From: a bacterium | GTDB lineage: Bacteria > SAR324 > JACQKK01 | DNA length: 64,000 nt | Assembly: GCA_965240465.1 (NCBI GenBank) | Contig: OZ251219.1 | Span: forward strand, 1,344,001-1,408,000 | Reading direction: 5' to 3' | Shown: positions 20,405-30,674 of the stretch, in pieces | Layout: each line of letters starts with the position of its first letter | Position numbering within the stretch: the first letter of the stretch is position 1 | Translations under genes and position numbers: made by a program | The notes under the pieces: generated by a model | What the model was told of the DNA's origin: nothing | Seen by the model: only the letters and a program-made list of their open reading frames with translations | Databases searched by the model: none

Positions 20405-21139
20405 CTATTGATGACAGGTCAAGCAATCTGTCAAATGAGCCCTAGCGATCCCAGTACTAGGATGCTGCCACTCCTTAGTTTTTAGATCCTCACTGGAAGT
20501 AGCTATAGCTCGTTTACGCTCCATTGCTCCCGGCACTCGCAAATGACATTCCAAACACCAGCCCATCTTGCCAAAATTTTTGACTTGTTTCTCTACCACG
20601 ACAAGCTTTTCTACCATGCCATGACAATCCTTACAAGGAACGCCTTTAGGAAAAATCTCATTGCGAGCATTAACATGCTTGTCGTGAGGAAATTTGACAA
20701 AATCAGGTAAATCATGAATCTTTACCCACGGTATCGGTTCTTGACGCTCCCAGTACCCCAGCAATTTCTGAATCTCGGTCAATTGCGTACCCACCACCTG
20801 ATGACATCCCACACACACCGAAACGGGCGGCACTGCTGCAACTGAACTGCGAGTAACCCCAAAATGACAGTACTGGCAGTCAATTCCGCTTTGACCTGCA
20901 TGAATCAGGTGACTGAAGGGCAGAGGTTGCCGACCAGCAGGGATTTTAGCTACTTCAGCATCGCTCAGCTGGGCATGAGCAGGACTCCCAGCCAACAACA
21001 GCACGAAACACCCGAGATACCAGTACCCGAGGCACCAGTGCATCTTCATCGGCGATCTATACTGAGGTACTTTACAATCCATCGGTCTGTTTTTACTAGT
21101 TATACCGATTATCCCTAATCTTCTTCCAAGCATCCACAA
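20405..21139 (-). CDS. actA: Alternative complex III pentaheme cytochrome c subunit A
   Basis: Five CxxCH motifs (CQYCH, CVGCH, CKDCH, CLECH, CLTCH), QPLPFSH..H, IPWVKIH.LPDFV.F.H, MGWC. The true start is probably a downstream ATG. Confidence 0.85.
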   Translation of the reverse strand: MWMLGRRLGIIGITSKNRPMDCKVPQYRSPMKMHWCLGYWYLGCFVLLLAGSPAHAQLSDAEVAKIPAGRQPLPFSHLIHAGQSGIDCQYCHFGVTRSSVAAVPPVSVCVGCHQVVGTQLTEIQKLLGYWERQEPIPWVKIHDLPDFVKFPHDKHVNARNEIFPKGVPCKDCHGMVEKLVVVEKQVKNFGKMGWCLECHLRVPGAMERKRAIATSSEDLKTKEWQHPSTGIARAHLTDCLTCHQ

Positions 21140-21285
21140 CCGATGAACTTGCCATACTTATGCGAAGTAACATACTCCTCGGCATTCAAACATATTTGCT
21201 TTACTTAAAGCAAGCATTTTTATACATAAGCAATCTAATTTACCATGAAGCTAACCAAAGGTCGGTAGTAAAAAGGGGGAAATTC

Positions 21286-22446
21286 CTAGAATCTCACCGT
21301 TACAGGATGAGCATGGTCTTCTGTTTTGCCATTGCCTAGTTGACCTTTATTGCCTTTACCCCAGCATTGTACCGCTAGGTTATTCATCAAGGCACAATTG
21401 TGATTACCACCAGCAGTAAGAAAAAGAACTTTGTTTTCCAAAGAGGAAATTCTTATTGGGATGTACTCATCTGCAGTTCTGTCATTACCTAATTGGTGAA
21501 CATTACCAGCTCCCCAGCAGAAAACATTTCTAGTAGCAATGGCACAAGTATGTGATTGCCCAGCAGATACCGAAAAAACACCGCTGGTCAATCCAACTAC
21601 CTGAACAGGAATTTGTTGATCCTCGGTTTGACCATTGCCCAACTGCCCATTAGCTCCTTTACCCCAGCAAAGTGCTTTACCTCTAACCATGGCACAATTA
21701 TGATCAGCACCCGCAGAGATTGTAAAAGCACCTTCGGTTATTCCAGTTACTTGAACGGGTACTTGATGACTGGTAGTATCTCCATTACCCAGCTGTCCAT
21801 TACTACCTTCACCCCAGCAGAAGACACTGCCTCTCGCAATAGCACAGCTGTGCCTTGCACCTACTACAATGATAGATACATTTCTCTCTAAGCCCTCAAC
21901 TTGCACAGCAGCAGCTTGAGAATCACCAGAACCATTTCCCAACTGACCGAAATCATTATTACCCCAACACTTGGCACTCCTATCTACCACCGCGCAAGTA
22001 TGTCGCTCGCCAGCTGCAATAGAAGTAATCCTACCACTAATCCCCAACACCGATACTGGCACAAGCTGTTCATGCTGGCTCAAATTGCCATCTCCCAGAC
22101 GACCATGCTCTCCTTCTCCCCAGCACAGGACACTCTTATCTACCACCGCACAACTATGAGCAGCACCCGCAGATACACGAAAAATTTTTCCCGAAATACT
22201 AGACACATCTACAGGAATTGCGTTATCCTGTTGCTCGTTGTTGCCTAATTCACCGCTTTCACCACTACCCCAACAAGCTATACCCTCACTATTGATGGCA
22301 CATGAATGCTTTAGTCCTGAGGAAACATCGGATACAAAACTAACATTAGGTAAATCAAATTCTGGCAGCTCGTATTTCATGTCCCCACAGGCAGCTAGTA
22401 GCATAAAAAATAGTGTCCCTGATATAAGGTTTAATGGTTTCATCAT
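21286..22446 (-). CDS. RCC1-repeat (beta-propeller) lipoprotein
   Basis: Lipobox LAA-C; about 7 repeats of AG..H(S/T)CA....CWG....GQLGNG. Confidence 0.85.
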   Translation of the reverse strand: MMKPLNLISGTLFFMLLAACGDMKYELPEFDLPNVSFVSDVSSGLKHSCAINSEGIACWGSGESGELGNNEQQDNAIPVDVSSISGKIFRVSAGAAHSCAVVDKSVLCWGEGEHGRLGDGNLSQHEQLVPVSVLGISGRITSIAAGERHTCAVVDRSAKCWGNNDFGQLGNGSGDSQAAAVQVEGLERNVSIIVVGARHSCAIARGSVFCWGEGSNGQLGNGDTTSHQVPVQVTGITEGAFTISAGADHNCAMVRGKALCWGKGANGQLGNGQTEDQQIPVQVVGLTSGVFSVSAGQSHTCAIATRNVFCWGAGNVHQLGNDRTADEYIPIRISSLENKVLFLTAGGNHNCALMNNLAVQCWGKGNKGQLGNGKTEDHAHPVTVRF

Positions 22447-22642
22447 ATATTCTCTTCAAAAGATTTTTTATTATTTTTATAAAATGTTTATAGAATGCTT
22501 GCCTGTTGATCATTTGCGGCAAGTATGTCTACTTAAAAAAATAACTTTATGATGTGATGTGCCTATCAATACAAATTGAGTTTTCTGTGAAGATTTTTTG
22601 TGTTGCTCCCATTTGTAAATTTCTGTCTTGCCCCTATTCACT

Positions 22643-24157
22643 ATGAAAAAAAGTACACCCTTGCCGAATCTGTATCACCCTAGGGAGAATCCAGATGTAG
22701 TCAGCACGAAGGCACCTGCCTTGGTATCTACCTCTACCCCTGAGAAAGTGCCCCCAGCACCTACCTCTGAGAAGATGCCTACCCCAGTGCCTACCCCTGA
22801 AGGGGAAGAGATTTGGCCTCCTGAGCTTAATTTGTTGTTATCCCAGCGAATTGCGGTAGGGGAGAATCACACGGCAGTCATCCACGATGGTCGGGTGTTC
22901 TGCTGGGGATGCAATAAGTACGGTCAATTAGGGATTGAGCAAGGTGATGAAAAAGACGAATATTCTGAAACGATTATTTCTTGTAACCGCCCCTTGACTT
23001 CGGTGAAACTTCCTGCGGCTGCGGTATCTGTTGCTACGGGTCAGCATTATACGCTGGCTCTGTTGGAGGATGGTCAAGTTTTCAGTTGGGGGGATAATAG
23101 ATATGGGCAGTTGGGCTTACGAAAATCTAAAGGCATACAATATAAAGCGACCCCTTCGGGTCCTATTCCGTTGCGGGTGAGATTGAAGCCTCTTAGTCCT
23201 GATCCTGAATATCCTTCTTTACTTAGAGCTTTGATTCCTAAGGATTTTCCCCCTGATGTTCACCCGATTCCCTTATCTTTGGTACGCATTTCCGCTCCTC
23301 CTGAGCCTCTGCCCGATGCTCCTCCTTCTCCGCCGTTATTGCTGGAACCCATTGTGCGAACGGCAGGTTTGGTTGCGGCAGAATCTCATTCTTGTCTGCT
23401 ACGGGAAGATGGTCAGCTATTTTGCTGGGGAGGAAATGAATTTGGCTGCTTAGGGTTTGGAAACACTGATTCCACTCGCAGACCGACCATAGAAATCCCT
23501 TTGCCAGACCGAGTTATGCAGGTAGCGGTCGGACAATCTCATACCGCGGTTTTGCTAAGAGATGGACGAGTTTTCAGCTGGGGGTTCAATGGTGATGGTC
23601 AATTGGGATTGGGTCATTGTGAAAACACTCTGCAGCCGACAAAGGCGATAAAGTTTCAGTCAGCTGCTTTGATGGTCAGTTGTGGATTTTCTCACACTGC
23701 GGTGCTGCTGGAAACGGGAGAAGTTTTTTGTTGGGGGTGGAATTACCACGGACGCTTGGGACTAGGGCATGAAGAGAATCGTCATCAGCCAGACGAGCCA
23801 GTTAAACTGCCGGGCAAAGCTATTGCTGTGGAAGCTGGTTGGGATTTCACCTGTGCCTTGCTGGAAGATGGACGCGTCTTCGGCTGGGGGAATAATTCTC
23901 AGGGGCAGCTAGGACTAAACACTCTCCGACCTGCAGAAGGCTTTAGCCGAGATAAATATGGCTATTATTGCGTTTCTCCTACTCGGTCGGTGGATCTGCC
24001 TCAGCCAGCAGTTGCTATTGCCGCGGGGACCAGTCACGTTGCGGTGCTACTGGAAAACGATCAAATTTTTTGCTGGGGAGGGAATCAATCAGGGCAGCTG
24101 GGGATAGGCGACAATGAGGGCACTCTAGGCCCAAATGTTCCCATTAGATTGCCCTAG
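22643..24157 (+). CDS. RCC1-repeat protein with Pro-rich N-terminus and Pro-rich insert
   Basis: Repeats of G..HT..L..DG.VF.WG.N..GQLG.G; no signal peptide. ATG 22643 preferred over TTG 22628. Confidence 0.8.
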   Translation: MKKSTPLPNLYHPRENPDVVSTKAPALVSTSTPEKVPPAPTSEKMPTPVPTPEGEEIWPPELNLLLSQRIAVGENHTAVIHDGRVFCWGCNKYGQLGIEQGDEKDEYSETIISCNRPLTSVKLPAAAVSVATGQHYTLALLEDGQVFSWGDNRYGQLGLRKSKGIQYKATPSGPIPLRVRLKPLSPDPEYPSLLRALIPKDFPPDVHPIPLSLVRISAPPEPLPDAPPSPPLLLEPIVRTAGLVAAESHSCLLREDGQLFCWGGNEFGCLGFGNTDSTRRPTIEIPLPDRVMQVAVGQSHTAVLLRDGRVFSWGFNGDGQLGLGHCENTLQPTKAIKFQSAALMVSCGFSHTAVLLETGEVFCWGWNYHGRLGLGHEENRHQPDEPVKLPGKAIAVEAGWDFTCALLEDGRVFGWGNNSQGQLGLNTLRPAEGFSRDKYGYYCVSPTRSVDLPQPAVAIAAGTSHVAVLLENDQIFCWGGNQSGQLGIGDNEGTLGPNVPIRLP

Positions 24158-25261
24158 ACTTTCTAAGTTTTGGTCGGGCTCACTAGAAACGGCGACTTTA
24201 GGGGCGACCACTTCTATGTCGTCGCTGTGCGAGGCGGGGGTATAGCCCGGCTTTCGGGATAGGTCATTTTGATAATACTTCAATTGTTCTTTGTTTTTTA
24301 GTAAATCTCCATTGGGTAGGATGATGTTTTCTAAATCTCTGGTAGTTAGTAGCTGCTGCTTACTCAGTGTGGAACAAGACTTAAAAGAGGTCTCCTGAAT
24401 GCTAGCTTTTCTTAATTCCACTTCACTTAGATAAACATCTTGAAAATTGCTCTTGTATATTAGGGTTTCAGCAAAACTAGATCTACGCATCATGGTGCTT
24501 TCAAAATTAGCTTCCGAAATATATGCATGCTTAAAATTGCTACGCCAGAGCACCGTACGACGAAAATTTGTTCTCTGAATGGTCGCGTGCTTAAAATTTG
24601 TTTCTCCCAAATTAGCATGCTCAAAATTCATCTCCCTCATGATCGAATGCTCAAAATCAGCTTTTTCTAGCAAAAAACCCGTGAAATTTAAGTTGTTAAA
24701 ATAAATTTTTTCCTCATCCCAGTACCTATTCCGTCTGGCAATAATCTGCGCACAGGAATGGACATCAGCTCTTATTCTTAAGCGTCCCTTCTCTTCTGAT
24801 TTTAATTCTGCATTGGCAGGTAAATAAGCACACAGCAACGATAAAACCTGATAATGATACTCATCCGCTGCATTTTTCATCAGATTCTCCAAGGCATACA
24901 GAGCCCCCATACGAACTTCCACATTAGCGGTATGGTCCTCTTTCAGATTCCCCAGCTGTTTGATGGCAGAAATATACCTCCGCCCCTGTTCTTGCTTAAC
25001 ACGCACATCTGCCATCTGCTGTAGTACTCGGATCCCCGCCAACACCGCCCCCAAACAGAGTATCCCCAAACTAGCGAATCCCAACCTGAGAAGCATCCCT
25101 TCATTCCATTGCAATGCCTGCTGCAAACCCAGCAAAAAATCTCCCTTGCTACTGCCAACTTGCCAAGCAGTGTAAACCACTCCCCCCATAGCTAAAAAAC
25201 CCAGAAACAAGGCAAAGCCATGGACTCCACATTTTTTTATATTTTCCCACAATAAAATCAT
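24125..25261 (-). CDS. Membrane-anchored pentapeptide-repeat protein
   Basis: Two N-terminal TM helices, AIKQLG...EVRMGALYALE motif, then pentapeptide repeats (ADFEH, ANLGE, TNFKH, ANFES). Confidence 0.75.
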   Translation of the reverse strand: MILLWENIKKCGVHGFALFLGFLAMGGVVYTAWQVGSSKGDFLLGLQQALQWNEGMLLRLGFASLGILCLGAVLAGIRVLQQMADVRVKQEQGRRYISAIKQLGNLKEDHTANVEVRMGALYALENLMKNAADEYHYQVLSLLCAYLPANAELKSEEKGRLRIRADVHSCAQIIARRNRYWDEEKIYFNNLNFTGFLLEKADFEHSIMREMNFEHANLGETNFKHATIQRTNFRRTVLWRSNFKHAYISEANFESTMMRRSSFAETLIYKSNFQDVYLSEVELRKASIQETSFKSCSTLSKQQLLTTRDLENIILPNGDLLKNKEQLKYYQNDLSRKPGYTPASHSDDIEVVAPKVAVSSEPDQNLESLGQSNGNIWA

Positions 25262-25342
25262 AACAAGACTTTCTTAAGGAAAGTATACCTGATTAAGAAT
25301 TTTTAATCACCTTTTTTGCAGAAAATACAAATTCCGCTTTAC

Positions 25343-26323
25343 TTAAAGACGACTAGCAACTACGGCTGCTCCCAGCAACCCAGGGCTAGGATGAGCAACA
25401 ACATAAAGAGGAATTTGTTCCATGGTGGTACTAAGGCGTCCCCTATTAGTGAACAAATGGATAAACTGAGGTTGATTGAGTAACGGAACAATGTTGTTAA
25501 CAAAATCACCGCAGAGATAAGCACCTCCTTTAGCAAGGTACTTTAGCACCAGATTAGAGGTTTCAGTAACTAGGGCTTCGCAGAAGAGCTGCAGGGTCTG
25601 TTGAGCAAGGGCATCATCCTGTTTGAGGGCTGCTTGAGTGATGGCAATTCCAGCATCCTGAGAACCCATTCTTGCCCGTGTAGCTGGTGATTCTGGGATG
25701 CCTTCTGCTTGATTGAGAAAATGGTAGATGTTCAGCAAGCCCGGACCAGATAGAACTCGCTCTACCGATACGGGTTTGTATTTACTCCTCAGCCATTGGA
25801 GTAGCCTGTCTTGTTGAGGATTAGTAGGTGCGAAGTCAGTATGTCCGCCTTCGCTGGCGATCACTTGCTCGCCATCAGAGGTAGGAATCACCGCGCTTTG
25901 TCCCAGACCAGTCCCTGGTCCTAGCACCACCTTAGGAAATTGTGGCTGTGGATTGCCAGATTTTAGGGTCAGTAAGTGCTGCGGTTTCAAATAGATACAC
26001 GCCCAAGCCATCGCAGAAAAGTCATTGATAAAGCATGTTTTTGGAATGCCTATGGTTTTACGGGTCAGAGGAGGAGAAATTTGCCAAGGCAAGTTGGCAG
26101 TGATAAAACCCTCTTCGGATACGGGGCCTGCAATGGCAATACAAGCAGCCGTTGGATGCTGATATGAGCATTCTTGCTGGAATTTGTTCACCACTTCCTC
26201 CAGCGAGGCAAACTGAGCAGAAGAATAGGTCTTCAGTAGCACAGCCCGCTCCAGATTATCGGGGTCATAGAGGGCAAAGCGACTATTTGTACCTCCGATG
26301 TCAATTGCAAGGATGCGATTCAT
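25343..26323 (-). CDS. glk: Glucokinase
   Basis: DIGGTNSRFA, AIAGPV, INDF.A, GPGTGLG, SEGGH.DFAP, ERVLSGPGL. Confidence 0.9.
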   Translation of the reverse strand: MNRILAIDIGGTNSRFALYDPDNLERAVLLKTYSSAQFASLEEVVNKFQQECSYQHPTAACIAIAGPVSEEGFITANLPWQISPPLTRKTIGIPKTCFINDFSAMAWACIYLKPQHLLTLKSGNPQPQFPKVVLGPGTGLGQSAVIPTSDGEQVIASEGGHTDFAPTNPQQDRLLQWLRSKYKPVSVERVLSGPGLLNIYHFLNQAEGIPESPATRARMGSQDAGIAITQAALKQDDALAQQTLQLFCEALVTETSNLVLKYLAKGGAYLCGDFVNNIVPLLNQPQFIHLFTNRGRLSTTMEQIPLYVVAHPSPGLLGAAVVASRL

Positions 26324-26417
26324 AAAACTCAACTAACGAAGGCTTGCGAGAATAGCTAAGAAAGTACTACGATGAAGACGATGCTGAGATATAAGTAAAG
26401 GTGAGCGATAAAATAAC

Positions 26418-26490
26418 GGGCGGTTAGCTCAGCTGGGAGAGCGGCGCCTTTACACGGCGTAGGTCGCAGGTTCAATCCCTGCACCGCCCA
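26418..26490 (+). tRNA. tRNA-Val(TAC)
   Basis: GGGCGGT acceptor stem pairing with ACCGCCC, D-arm TAGCTCAGCTGGGAGAGC, anticodon arm gcgcc-tt TAC ac-ggcgt, T-loop GGTTCAATCC. CCA not encoded. Confidence 0.95.
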
Positions 26491-26550
26491 TTGCTTCCGT
26501 ACCCTACCACTTCTTGCGATTGACTTAGATACGTCATAGCTAGCCAGCAG

Positions 26551-27375
26551 CTAGTATACTCCTGTGGTAGCACCGCCATCCACCGCGACGGCTACCCCTT
26601 GGATGTGGCTAGCCTCAGGAGAGCAAAGAAACAACGCCAGTGAAGCGATGTCCTCAGTACTGCCTAGTCGCTTTAGGTTGTTTTTAGCCATGATTTTGTC
26701 GCGTATTTCCGAGGGTTTCACGTTGTGTATTTTGGCTTTGGCACGAAAAACGTCCCAGATGCGTTTAGTTTCTATCAGTCCAGGATGAATGACATTAACT
26801 AGTACGCCATCACGCTTGCCCCGCCCCGCCAAGCCCTTGGAGAAGTTCGCAAAAGCTGCGTTTATAGCACCACCGATTAAGAATTCAGGATCTGGAGTAC
26901 GGGCAATGCTCCCAATGATGTTTAGAATATTACCCTGAGATTTGCTTAAATCCCGCCACAACAGACGACACAAACGAACAGCCGTATGGAATTTAAGGGC
27001 GAAGCCATCTTGCCAGACATGATCTTCTTGCTTCAAAAAGTCCCCAGGCTGGGAATCCCCAGCTGAATTCACCAATATATCGCAACGACCAAAATTCTTG
27101 AGGGTACTGGCTACCAGAGAGGTACAGCTTTGGGGGTCACGCAGGTCGGCTGCATGCCATAGTACATTAGCTTGAGTTTGCTGTCTTATTTCTTCTGCGG
27201 CATGTCGCAGATTTTTCTCAGAAGAGGCTGCCAGCATTAGGTTAGCTCCTTCTTTGGCAAAGCGTAAGCCGATGCCCTGCCCTATCCCGCGACTGCCGCC
27301 GGTAATCACAGCGATCTTGCCTGCCAACAAGCCCGACTTTTGGGGAACGGAATATTTCTCTTGGTTGCTAGACAT
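26551..27375 (-). CDS. Short-chain dehydrogenase/reductase
   Basis: ITGGSRGIG, DILVNSAG, VN.IHPG.I.T, VDGG; the catalytic YxxxK is replaced by GAINAA. Confidence 0.85.
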   Translation of the reverse strand: MSSNQEKYSVPQKSGLLAGKIAVITGGSRGIGQGIGLRFAKEGANLMLAASSEKNLRHAAEEIRQQTQANVLWHAADLRDPQSCTSLVASTLKNFGRCDILVNSAGDSQPGDFLKQEDHVWQDGFALKFHTAVRLCRLLWRDLSKSQGNILNIIGSIARTPDPEFLIGGAINAAFANFSKGLAGRGKRDGVLVNVIHPGLIETKRIWDVFRAKAKIHNVKPSEIRDKIMAKNNLKRLGSTEDIASLALFLCSPEASHIQGVAVAVDGGATTGVY

Positions 27376-27402
27376 TCTATGAAAGACTATCCGAAAAATT
27401 GG

Positions 27403-28620
27403 CTAAAGCCCAGCCTTGGCATCAAGTGTTTGAACGCTTATTTTACGAGTCTTAAAGACTTTTCCTCCCTTAGTGTATTCAATCAAAACTGGAGTCCGAT
27501 TGCCGTCCCGACATTGTGGGGTAGCCGCGGCACAAAAGCTGATGCTACCCGCAGAAGCTCCTTGATAATTCTTAATTTCAGCGAGGGCATTACGAATAGC
27601 ACGACGATCAGAAGTCAGATTACGGTAGCCTCCTTGGAGTTGAGTACTTTCTAGTGCTTGCTCCACGATTTTTATCAAATCCCAAGTTTGTGCAAGTCCT
27701 TGCTCTGGTGATATTTTGTATTCCTTTTGGACTACCTTAATGAAATTGCGAACTTTTTTGCTCTTATTTTTAATAGAGAACGAAGACGCATAATACGCTC
27801 CCCGAATAGATTGCTTTGCCAATACATGGACTTCTTGCTGAGAAGCCACCGCATTAAACACACGGCGAACCCTCTTAGAAATACCCACCTCATAAGATTG
27901 CAGTAGAATGTCAGCAATTTGTTGTTCTGAGGCAGAAATAATCAATGCATTTGCCCGGGCATTTTTTATTTTCAGCAACTCGGCACGGAAATCAATCGCT
28001 TTGCTATCAACTTGAGCCGTGACTGCAGGGTCCACTTTATAGGTTGCTTTCATGTAATTGATCGTGTCTTGAGCAAATCTCTTTCCCACAGAATCCCTAG
28101 AGTAAATATAAGCCACCTTTTTGCCGATTTTCTTAGCCACATAATCAGCCTGAGCAACCTTGTAAAAACGACTAGAAACAGGTACCCGAAAAATCCAATA
28201 ACTGCCCAATTTGGTGATTCTAGCATCCGTGGATTCTGCAGTAATCTGGGGAGTTTTTCTTTTATCAGTCACTCTCACTATTGGCAGGGTTACCGAAGAA
28301 CAAGATGACCCGATCAACAAGTGTACCTTATCTTGCTCAATTAATTGACGGGCATTGCTGACTCCCTTAGAGGGATTGCATTTGTCATTTAGCAGAATAA
28401 ACTCAATTTTCCTCCCCTGTATGCCACCCCTCTTATTGATAGCAACCACCTCGGATTTAATCATTTCTCCCTGCTTGAAGTCAATATCAGATGCTATCCG
28501 CAGGGTAGCTCCGATCCGAATAGGATCTCCTGGGGCCGCGATTGCGGTCGCCGTGCAACAAACAGATGTTGCCACGCTACTAGCAATCAACATTTTCCTT
28601 AATACATTGCTCAATACCAT
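27403..28620 (-). CDS. Branched-chain amino acid-type (LivJ/K-like) ABC substrate-binding protein
   Basis: Signal peptide, PIRIGA, IN..GGI.GRKIE....ND.C.P, LIG..CSS.T, IFR; AGGAGG RBS. Confidence 0.8.
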   Translation of the reverse strand: MVLSNVLRKMLIASSVATSVCCTATAIAAPGDPIRIGATLRIASDIDFKQGEMIKSEVVAINKRGGIQGRKIEFILLNDKCNPSKGVSNARQLIEQDKVHLLIGSSCSSVTLPIVRVTDKRKTPQITAESTDARITKLGSYWIFRVPVSSRFYKVAQADYVAKKIGKKVAYIYSRDSVGKRFAQDTINYMKATYKVDPAVTAQVDSKAIDFRAELLKIKNARANALIISASEQQIADILLQSYEVGISKRVRRVFNAVASQQEVHVLAKQSIRGAYYASSFSIKNKSKKVRNFIKVVQKEYKISPEQGLAQTWDLIKIVEQALESTQLQGGYRNLTSDRRAIRNALAEIKNYQGASAGSISFCAAATPQCRDGNRTPVLIEYTKGGKVFKTRKISVQTLDAKAGL

Positions 28621-28828
28621 AATTAACCTCCTAATGAAAAACTACAAATCTACATTCCTGATAACCAGTTAACTCCCTAAAATATTTGCAAAAAAGCATG
28701 CATATCTAGTGAGAATTACATAATCACGCTCGGCACCATAACATCATTGACATGCCATCACCGTTGATGTGTTGCATATTGGGTAGAAATTAGCAAGTCA
28801 TTTTAAGAGTAATGTTCCACAGCAGGGT

Positions 28829-29362
28829 TTAGGAATCGGCATCTTGGAAGATGCGGCTACCTACAGGGTCTTTTTGATGTTGGTACTTACCTTGATAAGG
28901 GTTTTTAGTGGGTTTATCCATGCGTGCAAATACGAGCTGACAAATACGGCGTCCAGATATAAGGTTGATAGGCTGGCGGTTGGCGTTGAATAGTTCCAAG
29001 GTTAGTTCACCATTGAAGCCAGGGTCTACCCAGCCTGCGTTTTGTACGAACAATCCAATACGTCCAATGGAGCTTCGTCCTTCTACAAAGGCGGTAATAT
29101 TGTGAGGGAGATTTATGCTTTCCATGGTAGTAGCCAGCATAAAAGAGTGTGGTGGGATAACAATCTGCTCGTTCTGAACGGTGGTATATTCAATCGGTTT
29201 ATTGAGGGAGATAACGGCTTGGTTGTCTTCATTGACTTTTAGGAAGGTTGTTCCCAGACGCAAGTCCACCGATGCTGGCTGGATGCAGTGATCTGAAAGG
29301 GGTTTAATTTCCAGCTCACCTGTTTCGAGCAACTCACGGATGGTGCTGTCAGAGAGTATCAT
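28829..29362 (-). CDS. dcd: dCTP deaminase
   Basis: [53 protein letters not shown]. Confidence 0.92.
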   Translation of the reverse strand: MILSDSTIRELLETGELEIKPLSDHCIQPASVDLRLGTTFLKVNEDNQAVISLNKPIEYTTVQNEQIVIPPHSFMLATTMESINLPHNITAFVEGRSSIGRIGLFVQNAGWVDPGFNGELTLELFNANRQPINLISGRRICQLVFARMDKPTKNPYQGKYQHQKDPVGSRIFQDADS

Positions 29363-29377
29363 CAGCGGGATTGCTTT

Positions 29378-29414
29378 GGGGGTATGGGGGGGGGTATAGG
29401 GGGGTGGGGGGTGG
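29378..29414 (+). repeat. Intergenic G-run cluster (G5-G9-G6-G6), potential G-quadruplex
   Basis: Four G-runs with 1-4 nt loops (tat, tata, t) between dksA and dcd. Confidence 0.6.
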
Positions 29415-29442
29415 ATAAGATTGAGAATTGCGTTAGGTAGAG

Positions 29443-29847
29443 TCAGGGCTTTTTTTCAAGTATTTCCTGTTGTTCCTTGCATCTGATGCACAGGGTAGTT
29501 ACGGGACGTGCCATCAGACGTGGTAGTTCAATCAGTTCACCGCAGGTTTCGCAGTTGCCGAAAGTATTGTCATCTATTCTTTGGATGGCTTCTTGTACTT
29601 TCATGCTTAATTTTCGCTGGCGATCACGAATTCGCAGATTAAGATTCCGTCCCGACTCCATGTTAGCCCGATCAGTTGGGTCTGGGAAGGTGGCAGAGGG
29701 CTTACGCATACCACTGATTTCCATCCGAGCATCTTCTTCAATTTCTTGCAAGGTGTTTTCCAGTTGCGAACGAAGATTTTGCAAAGTTTTTTTCTTAAAG
29801 GAGGTAGGTGCCATAAGAGAAGTAAAAATTGGTTTAGGATAGGTCAT
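29443..29847 (-). CDS. dksA: RNA polymerase-binding transcription factor DksA
   Basis: DPTDRA coiled-coil tip, RDR.RKL..K, C4 zinc finger CETC...RL.ARP.TTLCIRC. Confidence 0.9.
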   Translation of the reverse strand: MTYPKPIFTSLMAPTSFKKKTLQNLRSQLENTLQEIEEDARMEISGMRKPSATFPDPTDRANMESGRNLNLRIRDRQRKLSMKVQEAIQRIDDNTFGNCETCGELIELPRLMARPVTTLCIRCKEQQEILEKKP

Positions 29848-29959
29848 TCTGTTTGTCCTATAACCTGCTATTTAATACCTATAGCATGCATGATTTCAAA
29901 TTCTCAAATTAAACAGAATAGCACTTATTCTAGTGAATTAGTTCTTGAAGAGCGAGCCC

Positions 29960-29992
29960 AAAAAAAGGGAAACCGAAAATTACGGTCTCCCT
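29960..29992 (-). terminator. Rho-independent terminator downstream of hup
   Basis: Minus strand AGGGAGACCG-loop-CGGTTTCCCT followed by a T-run. Confidence 0.7.
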
Positions 29993-30111
29993 AAATATTA
30001 GCCATTTTCAAGCCGTACCCGCCTTCAGTTTTAACCTTGGAACAAGTTTTTCTCGTTTGGCATGCTACTAAATGTAGGACTAAACTGGCACGCTTGAAAA
30101 ATACTTGAAAA

Positions 30112-30384
30112 CTAATTAACAGCTTCCTTCAGTTTCTTACCAGCCTTAAAGCGTGGGGATTTAGAAGCTGGGATGTTAATCACAGCCCCTGTCTGAGGGT
30201 TCCGTCCTTTGCGAGCAACACGGTTAGTGACCGAGAACGTTCCAAAACCAACCAAGGTGACAGTATCGCCTTTGGTAAGTCTTTTAGAAATGTTACTAAT
30301 TGCACTCTCCAAAGCCCCAGCAGCCTGGGTTTTAGTTATTTTTGCGTCTTTAGCAATGGCATCAATTAATTCTGTTTTAGTCAT
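30112..30384 (-). CDS. hup: DNA-binding protein HU
   Basis: MTKTELIDAIA...VTLVGFGTF....R.ARKGRNPQTG..I.IPA...PRFKAGK.LKEAV; start moved to ATG 30384. Confidence 0.95.
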   Translation of the reverse strand: MTKTELIDAIAKDAKITKTQAAGALESAISNISKRLTKGDTVTLVGFGTFSVTNRVARKGRNPQTGAVINIPASKSPRFKAGKKLKEAVN

Positions 30385-30674
30385 GGGATATTCCTTTTTG
30401 GTATCAGACAATATAATAGCACCCAAGGCACCATAGTATTTTTTAGTGACACATTGAATACAAAAAAACCTAGAAATTAAATCTAAAAGAAAAACAAATA
30501 AGTCTGTCCTCTTCCGATTGGAGTCACGCTACCAACATTATCTGGTGTTTGCAAAAAAAAAGTTAAAAAAATACTCTTTTTATGGAGAAAATTTAATAAA
30601 TATCTGTTTGTCGTTAATATAACAGCATTTCTTACAAGATTAAAACCAAAGAACTAGCTGTTCACCAAGTGGTT

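Noticed and set aside
24125-24157. 33-bp convergent overlap of the RCC1 and pentapeptide genes
   Set aside because: Short 3' overlaps are common and the overlapping tails are low-information.
26418-26550. tRNA-Val as an island integration site
   Set aside because: No integrase and no duplicated tRNA 3' end seen in the window.
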